From a virus (lineage: Duplodnaviria; Caudoviricetes): a stretch of 64,000 bases of DNA. A model generated the notes under the pieces. The model was not told where the DNA came from. It was given only the letters and a program-made list of their open reading frames with translations, and made no database searches. Of this stretch, positions 47,481-57,285 are shown piece by piece. Positions within the stretch are counted from its first letter, which is position 1; the number at the start of each line of letters is the position of its first letter. The stretch spans positions 52,897-116,896 of IMG/VR virus record IMGVR_UViG_3300031853_000006. The stretch is one strand, 5' to 3'. The position numbers and the translations under genes are program-made.

Positions 47481-47918
47481 ATGAAGCGATACGTCAAAGC
47501 ATCTTTAACATCTGGGCTAATCGGCATCTGGTGGGTCTACAACGATACTGTAATTGCAGATTACAAAACACTGGATGACGGATACAACGATGGAAACTTC
47601 ATTAACTATGACGAAAAGAAAAACCATGCAACGGAGTGGAATAAGCTAATCAAGGAGTACTTTCCCGAACAGGCAGAAGAGATCATTGCATTTGGTTATA
47701 AAGGAATAGAAAGAGGTCGAGTAATCTACAATCTCAGAACACAAGCTTACGAAGTAACGTGCAGTCAAGAAGTTTACAAGGACTCGAAACAGCGTAAGCT
47801 TATTGTTGATGCGTTCGAACTCAACGATTGCAGATATGACTTCTTCGTTCTGAGGCACTATTATGTAGCGAAGCTCACCGGAAATCCTGCACTTGATCAG
47901 TTTGAATATGGTATATAG
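47481..47918 (+). CDS. MKRxVxAS-tagged hypothetical protein
   Basis: 'GIWW...H...W...Y...ERGRVIY...I..AF.L'. Confidence 0.7.
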   Translation: MKRYVKASLTSGLIGIWWVYNDTVIADYKTLDDGYNDGNFINYDEKKNHATEWNKLIKEYFPEQAEEIIAFGYKGIERGRVIYNLRTQAYEVTCSQEVYKDSKQRKLIVDAFELNDCRYDFFVLRHYYVAKLTGNPALDQFEYGI

Positions 47919-47936
47919 AAACTTTTTGAAAAAGTC

Positions 47937-47965
47937 TTGACAAACTCATATAAATATCATATAAT
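47937..47965 (+). promoter_or_regulatory. conserved sigmaA-type early promoter repeat
   Basis: TTGACA-17-TATAAT. Confidence 0.85.
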
Positions 47966-48012
47966 ATACTTGTAGGAATAAAACATATCAATTTAGATAG
48001 GAGGTCCTGCTT

Positions 48013-49323
48013 ATGTCAACATTTCTTATTCACGAATCTAATTGGGAGCGTTTCGAGAAGAAAATCTACTCTCTGAGAGCAAAGGCTGAGAAGAGTCATT
48101 GCATCATTTGCTATCTTCCACAGGGGTATGAATTCAAAGCTTGCAAAGATGCAGACGGTAACGAGTACATCGCCAAATACTACGTTGTAGAAGTTTCCGG
48201 CGAAGCTAAATACAATGGGTGGCGATTTGTCGCAACTCTTGATCATCACGAAGAAGGTAACGTAGTAAGAGCTTACGATACCGATCTTGTTATTCCAGAC
48301 AAGTATAAGACTTGCGGTCCAACTTGTGAGCATTGTAACAAGATCCGTTCTCGTAAGGATACTTATCTCATTTACAATGAAGAGTCTAAAGAATTCAAGC
48401 AGGTAGGTAAATCTTGCCTTCAGGAATTCACCAACGGCCTTTCAGCCGAAAACATTGCATTTTTCTGCTCAATATACGAACAGTCAGAATCTTACGGATC
48501 ATATTCAGGTCCTAATTTCAATCGTTATATAGAAGTGGAGGGGATCCTCCGTTACGCTTTTGAGTGCTATAAGCATTGGGGCTATCAGAAATCAGAAGCT
48601 ACTTACGCAGATGATAACGGATATGTTCCAAGCAATTATCGCTCTACAAAAGACCGAGTATTAAGCTACTACTTCATCAATCGCTGCCTTGAGAAAGATA
48701 GAGAAAGATACCGTAACGAGATGGAGGAGGTAAGCTTCAATGCTGATAGCGAATATGCAAAGGAGTCAGCTGAGAAAGCTCTCGAGTGGATAAGAGGATT
48801 AGCAGATAAAGATATCACAAGCGAGTATATCAGAAATCTTCATGTAATATGCTCAGACAGCTATACAGACTTCAGAAGTCTCGGCATCTTAGTTTCTCTT
48901 ACCGTCGCATATGCTCGTCACCTGAAGCAGCTGGAAGAGTATAAAGAGAAGGAAAAGGCACAGGAGGAAATGAAAAAGTCAGAATTCGTTGGATCTGAAG
49001 GCGATAGGATAGACATTACAACAGACGACTTCACACTTGTATCCTCCTGGGAAGGTAAATACGGAATGACCTATCTATACAAGTTCTCAGATGGGTCTAG
49101 TATCTTCTCATGGTTCTCTAGTAAACCCATCAACGATCCTGAACGTGTTGTGGCAGTTACAGGAACAGTGAAGTCACATAATGAATATAAAGCAATCAAA
49201 GAAACTATACTTACTAGGTGCAAAGTAACTTACAAGCCCGAAGAGCCCAAGGAGGCTCCGGCTGCTGCTAGCAACGACGTAGAGGAGGCAGTATCTCAGT
49301 TTCTCGATTACTGCAACGGGTGA
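48013..49323 (+). CDS. conserved large-phage protein with zinc site and C-terminal OB-like fold
   Basis: 'CEHCN..R.RK.TY...QVGKSCL..F'; 'S.FVG..G.RI...GTVKSH.EY...ETILTRCK'. Confidence 0.7.
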   Translation: MSTFLIHESNWERFEKKIYSLRAKAEKSHCIICYLPQGYEFKACKDADGNEYIAKYYVVEVSGEAKYNGWRFVATLDHHEEGNVVRAYDTDLVIPDKYKTCGPTCEHCNKIRSRKDTYLIYNEESKEFKQVGKSCLQEFTNGLSAENIAFFCSIYEQSESYGSYSGPNFNRYIEVEGILRYAFECYKHWGYQKSEATYADDNGYVPSNYRSTKDRVLSYYFINRCLEKDRERYRNEMEEVSFNADSEYAKESAEKALEWIRGLADKDITSEYIRNLHVICSDSYTDFRSLGILVSLTVAYARHLKQLEEYKEKEKAQEEMKKSEFVGSEGDRIDITTDDFTLVSSWEGKYGMTYLYKFSDGSSIFSWFSSKPINDPERVVAVTGTVKSHNEYKAIKETILTRCKVTYKPEEPKEAPAAASNDVEEAVSQFLDYCNG

Positions 49324-49337
49324 AAGGAGGATGCCCT

Positions 49338-49565
49338 ATGCTAGACAAAATCAAGCTTACTGAAAAGAATCTACTCAGGTACGGAGAGATAGTGCTCGAA
49401 AAAACTCGCAAGACGCCAGGAGGGTCTATAGTCACTGAACGATACATCATCTGGGACACAGATAAGATGAACGGGATAGAAGATGACCGGTACAATCCTA
49501 ACAAGCGCAAGATGTACTGGTTAGTAATGTCAAACGGCGAATCAATAATTATGAAACAAGTGTGA
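49338..49565 (+). CDS. hypothetical protein
   Basis: ATG after AGGAGG. Confidence 0.6.
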   Translation: MLDKIKLTEKNLLRYGEIVLEKTRKTPGGSIVTERYIIWDTDKMNGIEDDRYNPNKRKMYWLVMSNGESIIMKQV

Positions 49566-49575
49566 AAAGGAGGTT

Positions 49576-49965
49576 GTGATTATGGAAAATACTTATTGGA
49601 AGGGTCACGGAAAGGAAACACATAGAAGAGTTGCGATTGTGATGTACGACGATCCTCGCGACGATTTGTTCCAGTCCGGGTACAAAGTAACCGCTGAAGT
49701 AAAGTACCTAGATGACGGGAGCATCACTGAGATCTACGAAGACGACAACATCGCTGATAGATTTCACATCGACAAAGAGATCTCCAAAGAAGAACACACA
49801 TTTTACACGCTGGCATCACGGATGGTCTCTGAGATTTACCATGACAAACATGCCGAAATACTCACACGTAGCCGTAACGAAACAATAGTTCACTTAGCTC
49901 AAGAAATCCGCACACTTGTACCTATTGTGTTAGGAAAACAGTCTACAAAGGAGGATATACAATGA
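49576..49965 (+). CDS. hypothetical protein
   Basis: AGGAGG RBS. Confidence 0.6.
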   Translation: MIMENTYWKGHGKETHRRVAIVMYDDPRDDLFQSGYKVTAEVKYLDDGSITEIYEDDNIADRFHIDKEISKEEHTFYTLASRMVSEIYHDKHAEILTRSRNETIVHLAQEIRTLVPIVLGKQSTKEDIQ

Positions 49966-50213
49966 AACGATTAGACGCAGCTGCACAGTATTTAGAATTA
50001 CTCGAGGAGCGGTTACACCCGCTACTGATCACAATGTCAGACAGAGATCTGGCTGAAAAGTCATTAAAGATCGCAACTCAAAGTTTGAGAGCGTGGTCAG
50101 AGATCTTAGAGGGGCTGAAGCCAGAAGAGATGAGCGAGAACGAGTGGACTGAATCGACATTGTATGCAAACATCGTTAAGTATATTGAGAAAGTAGTTTC
50201 AATAGAAGAATAG
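49962..50213 (+). CDS. hypothetical protein
   Basis: AGGAGG RBS. Confidence 0.6.
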   Translation: MKRLDAAAQYLELLEERLHPLLITMSDRDLAEKSLKIATQSLRAWSEILEGLKPEEMSENEWTESTLYANIVKYIEKVVSIEE

Positions 50214-50231
50214 AGTAGGAGGTTAGCTAAT

Positions 50232-50411
50232 ATGACAAACGAGGAGAAGATTTTGACAATAAAGGAGTTACTCAGCGAGCTCAAAGAGGAGACAGTTACA
50301 GTAGGAGAAGTCTACAACGAGATCGATGGAAAGGATCAGGTAGCCGTGTCCTCAGAAATGCTCACACTCATTGAACTATTACAAGAGATCAAAAAGGTAG
50401 CAAACAAGTGA
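50232..50411 (+). CDS. 59-aa hypothetical protein
   Basis: AGGAGG RBS; MTNEEKILTIKELL...; not in ORF track. Confidence 0.55.
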   Translation: MTNEEKILTIKELLSELKEETVTVGEVYNEIDGKDQVAVSSEMLTLIELLQEIKKVANK

Positions 50412-50464
50412 TGGACACATTCTCCTTCGGCAAAAAAAAAAATTGAAAAAATTATAAAAAAGTC

Positions 50465-50493
50465 TTGACTTTTTCATAGAATTGTCATATAAT
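50465..50493 (+). promoter_or_regulatory. conserved sigmaA-type early promoter repeat
   Basis: TTGACT-17-TATAAT. Confidence 0.8.
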
Positions 50494-50531
50494 ATACTTG
50501 TAAGCCAATAACATCGAAAATCCAATAGGAG

Positions 50532-50828
50532 GTGGCTATTATGATGACCAACGAACTAATTAACGCAAAGGTAGAGGAAATCCGGAAGATCAATGAGAGC
50601 ATTAACTTACTCCGTGATCAGAAAGCACAGCTTGAGCAGGAACTCAAAGATGAGTGTGATGCACGCAAGGTAGACGAAATAGTTACTGCTCTGCATAAGA
50701 TCATTTACAACTGCTACGAGCGTAGCGGGGTAGACACAGATAGGCTTAGACAAGATGGCTTGTATGATAAATACAAGAAGACAAGCGTATGCACACAGTT
50801 CAAAATCACCGACATCAAATCAGCCTAA
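50532..50828 (+). CDS. small coiled-coil protein
   Basis: 'R..VDT.RL....LY.KY.K.S....F.I'. Confidence 0.65.
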   Translation: MAIMMTNELINAKVEEIRKINESINLLRDQKAQLEQELKDECDARKVDEIVTALHKIIYNCYERSGVDTDRLRQDGLYDKYKKTSVCTQFKITDIKSA

Positions 50829-50848
50829 GAGGGTAGGAGGATACTAAC

Positions 50849-51091
50849 ATGAGAACATATATCGAAGACATGGTAGATGTATTAGCATTTGTATTGAGCG
50901 TAATCATCGGAGCAGTAGTAACTGCAGTAATTCAGGACGGATTAACAGAGTCACTTTATGAGGCTAGAGGTAAGCAGGCCTTCGGAGGTGAATTCATTCT
51001 ATACATTGCAGTTTTTGCAATAGTAACAATCTTAGCCTATCAGGTTACTTCGTTCATCGGACATAAACTCGACAGTGCTGCCGATAAGTAA
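50849..51091 (+). CDS. small two-TM membrane protein
   Basis: 'Y..RG..AFGGE' loop between two TM segments. Confidence 0.65.
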   Translation: MRTYIEDMVDVLAFVLSVIIGAVVTAVIQDGLTESLYEARGKQAFGGEFILYIAVFAIVTILAYQVTSFIGHKLDSAADK

Positions 51092-51392
51092 ATAACTGTA
51101 CAGGCTAAAGATCAGATTAACAATCGCAAATAAGTTAAGTTTGGGTTACAAACTCCTTTCATGAGGCGGGCAGGGTGCATCCTTGCCCGTCTTTAATGGT
51201 TTGATAACGATTGTATATCTATATGAAATATTAAGAAAGTATTAAAAGATTTTAAGAAATTATTAAAAAACAGTTGACTTTTTCGTAAAAATATCTTAAA
51301 ATATAAATGTAACTTGATAATAGGAACCAGGTAGGAGCAGGAAGTTTCTAGAAATAAGTTCTTATTATCTCAACTTGCCCGAAAGGAGTTTT

Positions 51393-52163
51393 ATGAGTAA
51401 CAAGTCACAGAGTAACTTCGTGCCAGGAGTAATAATAGGTACGACGGCAATCGTAGGACTACTAATCATGATACTTGCATCAACAAGTTTAACTTCAGAA
51501 GGAAAGGTAACAGAAACTAACAACTACATATCTTACTATGCAGGTAGCGTAGTATCAGGATCATCTGCATCAGGTGCAGCTGTATCAGGTACTGCAGTAA
51601 CAGGAACCGCAGTAGACTCAGCCGTTCCGAAACCGGCATACCCGATCAAAAAATTATCTCGCGTTCGTTACGCAACTAAAACAATTCTAATCAAGAAAGA
51701 GCCCAGAAAGAAATCAAAAACACTTAAGAAGATCAAAAAAGCAACTAAGATCAAAATTACTGGTAAGGTTATCGGTACGAAGTATTGCAGGATAAGGTAC
51801 GGAAAGAAGAAAGTTGGATACATCAAGATTAAGAAAAATGTTTCCAAGACGAAACCCTGGATGGGTGCAGTGCTCAATCGAAGCAACGGTACTGTAATGG
51901 GACCGAGTGGAAAGGAGACTTACTACAATCTGCCAATGGGCGGAGTAGTAAGAATTCTTAGAAATCACGGCTGTAAAGGTAAGTATTGGGTGCGATCAGA
52001 CGGCATGAAGATGTTCGGAAAGTACATTATAGTAGCAGCTAATCAGAAACTTCGTCCTGTCGGGACTGTTGTAAGGACGTCCAGGGGGCTAGGAATCGTT
52101 GGTGATACAGGTACCTTCGCTAGTTACAACAGACGTCAGCTTGATCTTGCAGTTGCATGGTAA
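51393..52163 (+). CDS. membrane-anchored SH3b plus 3D-like cell-wall protein
   Basis: TM segment, AVSG/AVTG repeats, SH3b-like domain, 'ETYYN...VAA...GIV.DTG...LDLAV.W'. Confidence 0.7.
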   Translation: MSNKSQSNFVPGVIIGTTAIVGLLIMILASTSLTSEGKVTETNNYISYYAGSVVSGSSASGAAVSGTAVTGTAVDSAVPKPAYPIKKLSRVRYATKTILIKKEPRKKSKTLKKIKKATKIKITGKVIGTKYCRIRYGKKKVGYIKIKKNVSKTKPWMGAVLNRSNGTVMGPSGKETYYNLPMGGVVRILRNHGCKGKYWVRSDGMKMFGKYIIVAANQKLRPVGTVVRTSRGLGIVGDTGTFASYNRRQLDLAVAW

Positions 52164-52366
52164 GTTAAAAACTGCAAAGAGCTCTAAAACATATTTAGAA
52201 GGTGGGTTGTCCGCACAGATGACTCACCTTTTATATTTGCAGAATTATTTGAAAGCACTGGAGTGCCGATAGTATACTTTACAATCGGTAGCAGAGGCTT
52301 CAATGTAGACAGTAATTCGTGTTACATCAATAAATATATTCTTAAACCGTAAGGAGGAAATCGACT

Positions 52367-53179
52367 ATGATGTCAGAAAAAGTCGAGCTGCTCGGAAAAG
52401 GTCTGTATGCAGATATTCCCGACCAGCTTACACTCAAAGCAATTCCAACTGTTTCCGAACTGGACTACGTAGGTTCAGAAGATTTTGAGGAAACAATGCT
52501 CAATGTTATTTTCCCAGAAGCTATCGAAGAAAAGATCAACTTTCATAACCTACTGGAAATCGACTTCCAGTGGATTTGTCGTTGTTTGAGATTTCTCAAC
52601 TATGGACCGTATTTCACAACGAATACTATTTTATGCGAAAACTGTGGCCCGGTTCGTATTGAGTCTCAAGTTGATCTTAGAACAATTGATTGTAAAGCCC
52701 TGCCTGAGAATTTCAAGAACGAGCTTATAATCAAGAAAGGCGAGCTGATTGATTACAAAGAAGAGATCCATCTTCATATGTTAACTATTCAGGAGTCCCT
52801 CAATCTCAGAAAGGACAACCTGTTCAAGCGCGTCAATGGAGAGATCAATACAGACCTAGGAAGAATCTGCTATTCCATATCTTCGATGGGCATGGATGCA
52901 CATTCAACTCCGATCAGTGCGAAACTTGAAATAGAGAAGAATATGAGCCCCGCAGACTATAAAGTGCTCAGGAGTAGAGTTCAGGAACTTACAGATTATG
53001 GATTGAGGGGAGGTGGCAGATGCCAGTGTCCGCAGTGTAAATCGAATAACGCTGCATTTATTGCACTAGCAGATGACCGCTTTTTTCGTCCGACCGTGGG
53101 AGATCTCCGGAAAGGGCGAGATGATAGAAGTCTCAGGGGAGTTAAAGACCCCACAGGAAATAAGGCAGAGGCTGTATGA
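52367..53179 (+). CDS. baseplate hub assembly chaperone (T4 gp26-like)
   Basis: 'L..ID.Q.I...LR..NYG', CxxC, C-terminal CPQC...FF; precedes the tape measure gene. Confidence 0.7.
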   Translation: MMSEKVELLGKGLYADIPDQLTLKAIPTVSELDYVGSEDFEETMLNVIFPEAIEEKINFHNLLEIDFQWICRCLRFLNYGPYFTTNTILCENCGPVRIESQVDLRTIDCKALPENFKNELIIKKGELIDYKEEIHLHMLTIQESLNLRKDNLFKRVNGEINTDLGRICYSISSMGMDAHSTPISAKLEIEKNMSPADYKVLRSRVQELTDYGLRGGGRCQCPQCKSNNAAFIALADDRFFRPTVGDLRKGRDDRSLRGVKDPTGNKAEAV

Positions 53180-53345
53180 GAACATAATCGATGAAGCAAT
53201 GTTCATTACTCGAGGGTCTGAAGGTTCTGTTTCTCTTGAATGGCTGATGCAACAACCTATATTCATCCGAAAGAAATATATGAAGATGATGGAAGAGGAA
53301 ATAGATGAACGAAAACGGATACTTAATGAACGAAAGAATAAGTAG
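53121..53345 (+). CDS. small hub/tail assembly protein (gp51-like position)
   Basis: 'LYENIIDE..FI......LMQQPIF.RK.Y'; between gp26-like and tape measure genes. Confidence 0.55.
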   Translation: MIEVSGELKTPQEIRQRLYENIIDEAMFITRGSEGSVSLEWLMQQPIFIRKKYMKMMEEEIDERKRILNERKNK

Positions 53346-53366
53346 ACTGAAGGGAGGTGAGTCCGG

Positions 53367-56300
53367 ATGGCAGAGCAAAAGATGCCTGATAGCGGAGTAA
53401 ACAACTCAATAGCTGATTATATAGAAGCGATGTCCCTCGATACCGAAGGCACGCTGAAATCAATTGACCTTACTCTGAGATCTATTGCTAAAAGCGACGG
53501 ACTCCTCATTTCTCAGTCTAGTTTGAAAGATCTTGCAGAACAAGAACGAATGTCTGCAAGAGCAGATGCAAGACGTCCCGGTAATAGATATTCATCTGAC
53601 TCTCAGCGTAATCAGGGAGGTCCCAGAGGTCAGAATGCGTATACACGCGGTCAAGATAATTGGAGCAACACTACTAAGCGTGATGCGAAGCTAACTACAG
53701 ACAAGATAAGCAACGACTTCGAGAAAGCCTTCAAAGAAGCTCTTTTCGGCACTCGCAACCCATTCAAAGATGTGCTTAACAAATCGGTATCTGAATTTGC
53801 TAAGAGCTTAGGTACTGATGTTAAAGGGCTGAGTGGCGAGTTAGGTAAACGCCTTGGTACGATGATCAAGGATTCAAGTCTCGGTAAGCCATTGAAAGAC
53901 ACAATGGATTACTTCCAGACTAAAGCCTCATCTATTCTCAATAGCGGACTTGCACAAGCTAGCAAGGCGATGGGTGGAACCGGTGACATCGACTTGAAGA
54001 ATGCATTCTCTCAGACAACTACCCAGGATCTCAAAGATGCAGTAGATTCTAGCACGTCTGAAGCATATGCAAATATGCAAGCAAGTCAGCAAACATTCCA
54101 GAACGACATGAATGTCGGATTTGACAATGTTGACATTCGATTACAAGAGCTTATCGCAGCCGCAAGGCAGCGAGCGATGAGCACTAATCAGTCTGACACA
54201 GATATTACTGATCTTGTAGATAATGTAGTTGATGTACCCGTTCCAGAACTTCCTGCAACTTCTGGTGCAGGCGAGTTAACTGATGTAGTTGATTCGTTGT
54301 TAGGGCTTCCTGGCCCTGTAGAAGAAGCAGGAACTGCCCTTGTAGAATCTACAGCAACAGCTTCGACCGAAGTAATGGCGTTAGGTGAGACGGGACTGAT
54401 TGCAGGAGAAGGGATGGCAGCTGCAGGAGCAGGAGCAACAGCGGCCTCGGCAGCGTTCCCGCCGCTTGCAATAGCATTACTTGCAGCACCTCTTGTTATA
54501 GAAGCATTTACAGCAGCTTTTGGACCCGCAATAGAAGGTTTCAAAGAATTTCATAAAGCGCTCAGTAATGCAGCTAGCAGAACTCAGACACAGAACACCA
54601 AAAACTTAGACCTATGGAAAACTCGAATTACTGAAGATGTTAAGTCTGCAACTACTGCAGCATTTGACGTAATCAAAGAATCAGCGCAGTCTGCATTAGA
54701 TGCATGGGATGCCGTTTCTGGAACAATTGCAGCTACTCAGGGATATACTAAGGAAGGTGTCCAAGATCTATTCGGCAGCTATGCTGAAAGGTTACGTGCA
54801 AACGGCTTAGATCTATATGTGTCATCTGCCGATATTATGAAGAACTTGGAATCAGTTCTTCAGCAGGGCTTATATGGTGAAGCAGCAGAAGAATTTGCAT
54901 GGATGGCAACCGTCCTTAACAAAGCAGTTCCTAATCAAGATTTCTTCCAATATGCTTCTTCGTACGCATCGATAGCGGCCAATGCAATGAAGGGAGGGCT
55001 TTCACAGAAAGAAGCGCTCCAGGTTGCTAATGATGAGTTAGAAGCATTCGCTAGTAACTTACTATACGCAAGTCGAGAAATATCAGGAGGCTTCTCTACT
55101 AGCTTACAGAATGGCTCACAGCTGTTTGCAGATGCAGCGAAGATAGCCCTTTCAAGTCAGCTAGAAAGCGCGGATGTATCTGATATTTCAGGAGTCCTTA
55201 CATCAGTATCTGCGATAGTAAGTGCAACTGCTCCAGACCTTGCAGATTCAATTGTATCAGCAGTCGTAAACGCTGCTACAGGCGGTAATTCTTCTTCAAT
55301 AACTGCCTTACGATCTATGGCAGGGACAGGTGCATCAAATACTGCATTCTTGCAAGCACTTGCAAAAGATCCGCAGAAGGTATTCAGCACATTATTTAGT
55401 AACTTATCACAATTGCAGAATATGTCCTCAAGCAACTACATGGAGGTTGCAGAAGGACTTTCAGAAGTATTCGGAATGTCCATGGAGGCATTCACTCGTG
55501 TTGACTTTGGATATCTTGCAGATGCAATCAATGCGATGAGCCTCAATAATAATGCATTAGCACAGAACATGGAGCTGATGAAAGCCGGTCAGACAACTAG
55601 TACGGCAGAGCAGCTCAGGATGCAGAAAATCAACGAATACATGGTAGAAGAAGGTCTTGCATATGTACTTGACAGTGAAGTTGGTAGAGCTGTTCAGGAA
55701 CACATGTGGGAAGAGCAGTTGATGCGAGAAATCGAGGAGAACACATTTGCAGTAGACCTGCAAGGAGGGGCACTCGAATTCTTGCAAGGCATTTTCCAGA
55801 CTGTTGAAAATATCATCAATTTCTTGAACCCATTATCTTGGTTAAAAGGCATTGGCAACGTATTATTCACTGCACTTGAAGCCGCAGAGATCAATCAGGA
55901 CATTGTCGATATTGTCTCGTCAGGAGTTGTGGGTAGTGCAAATCAGAAAGCACTTTCAACATTGTTCCCGTCAGGCCCTACCGATTACAGAGAGCAAGGA
56001 TTGCTAGACCTTGACTATCATAGATGGGTAACAGGAGAAACTTCCAATACAGAAGAATTACGACAGGGAGCCTTCAGCTTCTGGAAGGGCATAACAGGAC
56101 AAGTTGCGCTCAACGATTTAACATCAGCCCTGACAGGTGCAATAAGCAAATCCGGAGTAGCTGATCAAGGTTCCAAGAATAAACGCTCGAATGCTTACTA
56201 CCAGACGAAATTAGTAAGCAAGAGTGCAGCAGGTGCTTACACCTATTCAGGAGATTGGCGCGATAATTATAACTACAACGCAATATATCAGCCAGAGCAG

Positions 56301-57227
56301 CAGAAGACCCGTGTGCTCAAAATGAAAGTAGGCGACCGGTTAGTCGACGACACAGGTACTCAGAAAGGTGCAACAGCAGCACAAAAAGAAGCACATGCAA
56401 TGGCTATTCAGTCGGCACTTAGCGAATCTATGTCAGATTACTTAGCAACGGCAGATAAGAGTAAAGACCTTACAGCAAAATTCATGGAGACTGATGTCAA
56501 GCTTCAGAAAGAATATGCTGACCTGGCGAAGTATGCTAGGATAGAAGATATCACTACTAAGAGTAAGACCGGCGATAAGACTTTCATGACTCAGCAGGAG
56601 ATCGAGAAAGAATTAGCGAAAACTAGCGCAGACATCGCATCAAAGAACTTAGAGCCGAGCTTCGAGCAATGGGCTAAGGAAGTATACGGAATGTCCGTGC
56701 AAGAACTTTCAGAAGCCCTTCTCAATTATGGTACTGACATAAATACTATAATGGCCAAGTTCGACGAGATGCAATCAAAAGAAGCATCTAAGCAACAGAA
56801 AGCTAGAGACCTTCACGAAGTGCAGTTCTGGGAGGATATGCAGAGATTTGCAACCGATCTCTTCCCTGAATATTTGAATGAATGGAAGAAATACTACATA
56901 CTCAACACAGCATATACAGATGCAACCAGAATTGCATACGACGAAGCAATGAGGGCTGCTGAAGCTAATAAAACAAAAACAGAAGATGCAGTTCTGGAAC
57001 TTGCAAATCATCTTACAGGTGATGATATATGGCAAGGGCTTGCGAAAGAAATTGCAAACCCGACAGTTCAGACAAACATGCTGTTATCGCAGATACTCTT
57101 ATATGTACATGCAATCATGCAGCAGAACAACGAAACAAGCATCGTGTCAGTTCCCACGGCATTATCGAGCTTGGGTTTGGGATTGACCACCACAGGAACC
57201 TCCAATTCAAGTGAAAAACAGAAGTAA
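53367..57227 (+). CDS. tail tape measure protein
   Basis: 1286 aa, A/S/L-rich and helical, hydrophobic Ala/Gly segment; position in tail module. Confidence 0.8.
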   Translation: MAEQKMPDSGVNNSIADYIEAMSLDTEGTLKSIDLTLRSIAKSDGLLISQSSLKDLAEQERMSARADARRPGNRYSSDSQRNQGGPRGQNAYTRGQDNWSNTTKRDAKLTTDKISNDFEKAFKEALFGTRNPFKDVLNKSVSEFAKSLGTDVKGLSGELGKRLGTMIKDSSLGKPLKDTMDYFQTKASSILNSGLAQASKAMGGTGDIDLKNAFSQTTTQDLKDAVDSSTSEAYANMQASQQTFQNDMNVGFDNVDIRLQELIAAARQRAMSTNQSDTDITDLVDNVVDVPVPELPATSGAGELTDVVDSLLGLPGPVEEAGTALVESTATASTEVMALGETGLIAGEGMAAAGAGATAASAAFPPLAIALLAAPLVIEAFTAAFGPAIEGFKEFHKALSNAASRTQTQNTKNLDLWKTRITEDVKSATTAAFDVIKESAQSALDAWDAVSGTIAATQGYTKEGVQDLFGSYAERLRANGLDLYVSSADIMKNLESVLQQGLYGEAAEEFAWMATVLNKAVPNQDFFQYASSYASIAANAMKGGLSQKEALQVANDELEAFASNLLYASREISGGFSTSLQNGSQLFADAAKIALSSQLESADVSDISGVLTSVSAIVSATAPDLADSIVSAVVNAATGGNSSSITALRSMAGTGASNTAFLQALAKDPQKVFSTLFSNLSQLQNMSSSNYMEVAEGLSEVFGMSMEAFTRVDFGYLADAINAMSLNNNALAQNMELMKAGQTTSTAEQLRMQKINEYMVEEGLAYVLDSEVGRAVQEHMWEEQLMREIEENTFAVDLQGGALEFLQGIFQTVENIINFLNPLSWLKGIGNVLFTALEAAEINQDIVDIVSSGVVGSANQKALSTLFPSGPTDYREQGLLDLDYHRWVTGETSNTEELRQGAFSFWKGITGQVALNDLTSALTGAISKSGVADQGSKNKRSNAYYQTKLVSKSAAGAYTYSGDWRDNYNYNAIYQPEQQKTRVLKMKVGDRLVDDTGTQKGATAAQKEAHAMAIQSALSESMSDYLATADKSKDLTAKFMETDVKLQKEYADLAKYARIEDITTKSKTGDKTFMTQQEIEKELAKTSADIASKNLEPSFEQWAKEVYGMSVQELSEALLNYGTDINTIMAKFDEMQSKEASKQQKARDLHEVQFWEDMQRFATDLFPEYLNEWKKYYILNTAYTDATRIAYDEAMRAAEANKTKTEDAVLELANHLTGDDIWQGLAKEIANPTVQTNMLLSQILLYVHAIMQQNNETSIVSVPTALSSLGLGLTTTGTSNSSEKQK

Positions 57228-57285
57228 AACCTTAAGCAGAATTGTAACACCGAACAATTTTCCTACAGTTCTAAGAGGTGATTAA

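Noticed and set aside
53073-53345. Possible G/GT-type -1 programmed frameshift at CTTTTTTC (53080-53087) before the tape measure gene
   Set aside because: The downstream ORF is in the +1 frame relative to 52367, not -1, and has its own plausible ATG at 53121
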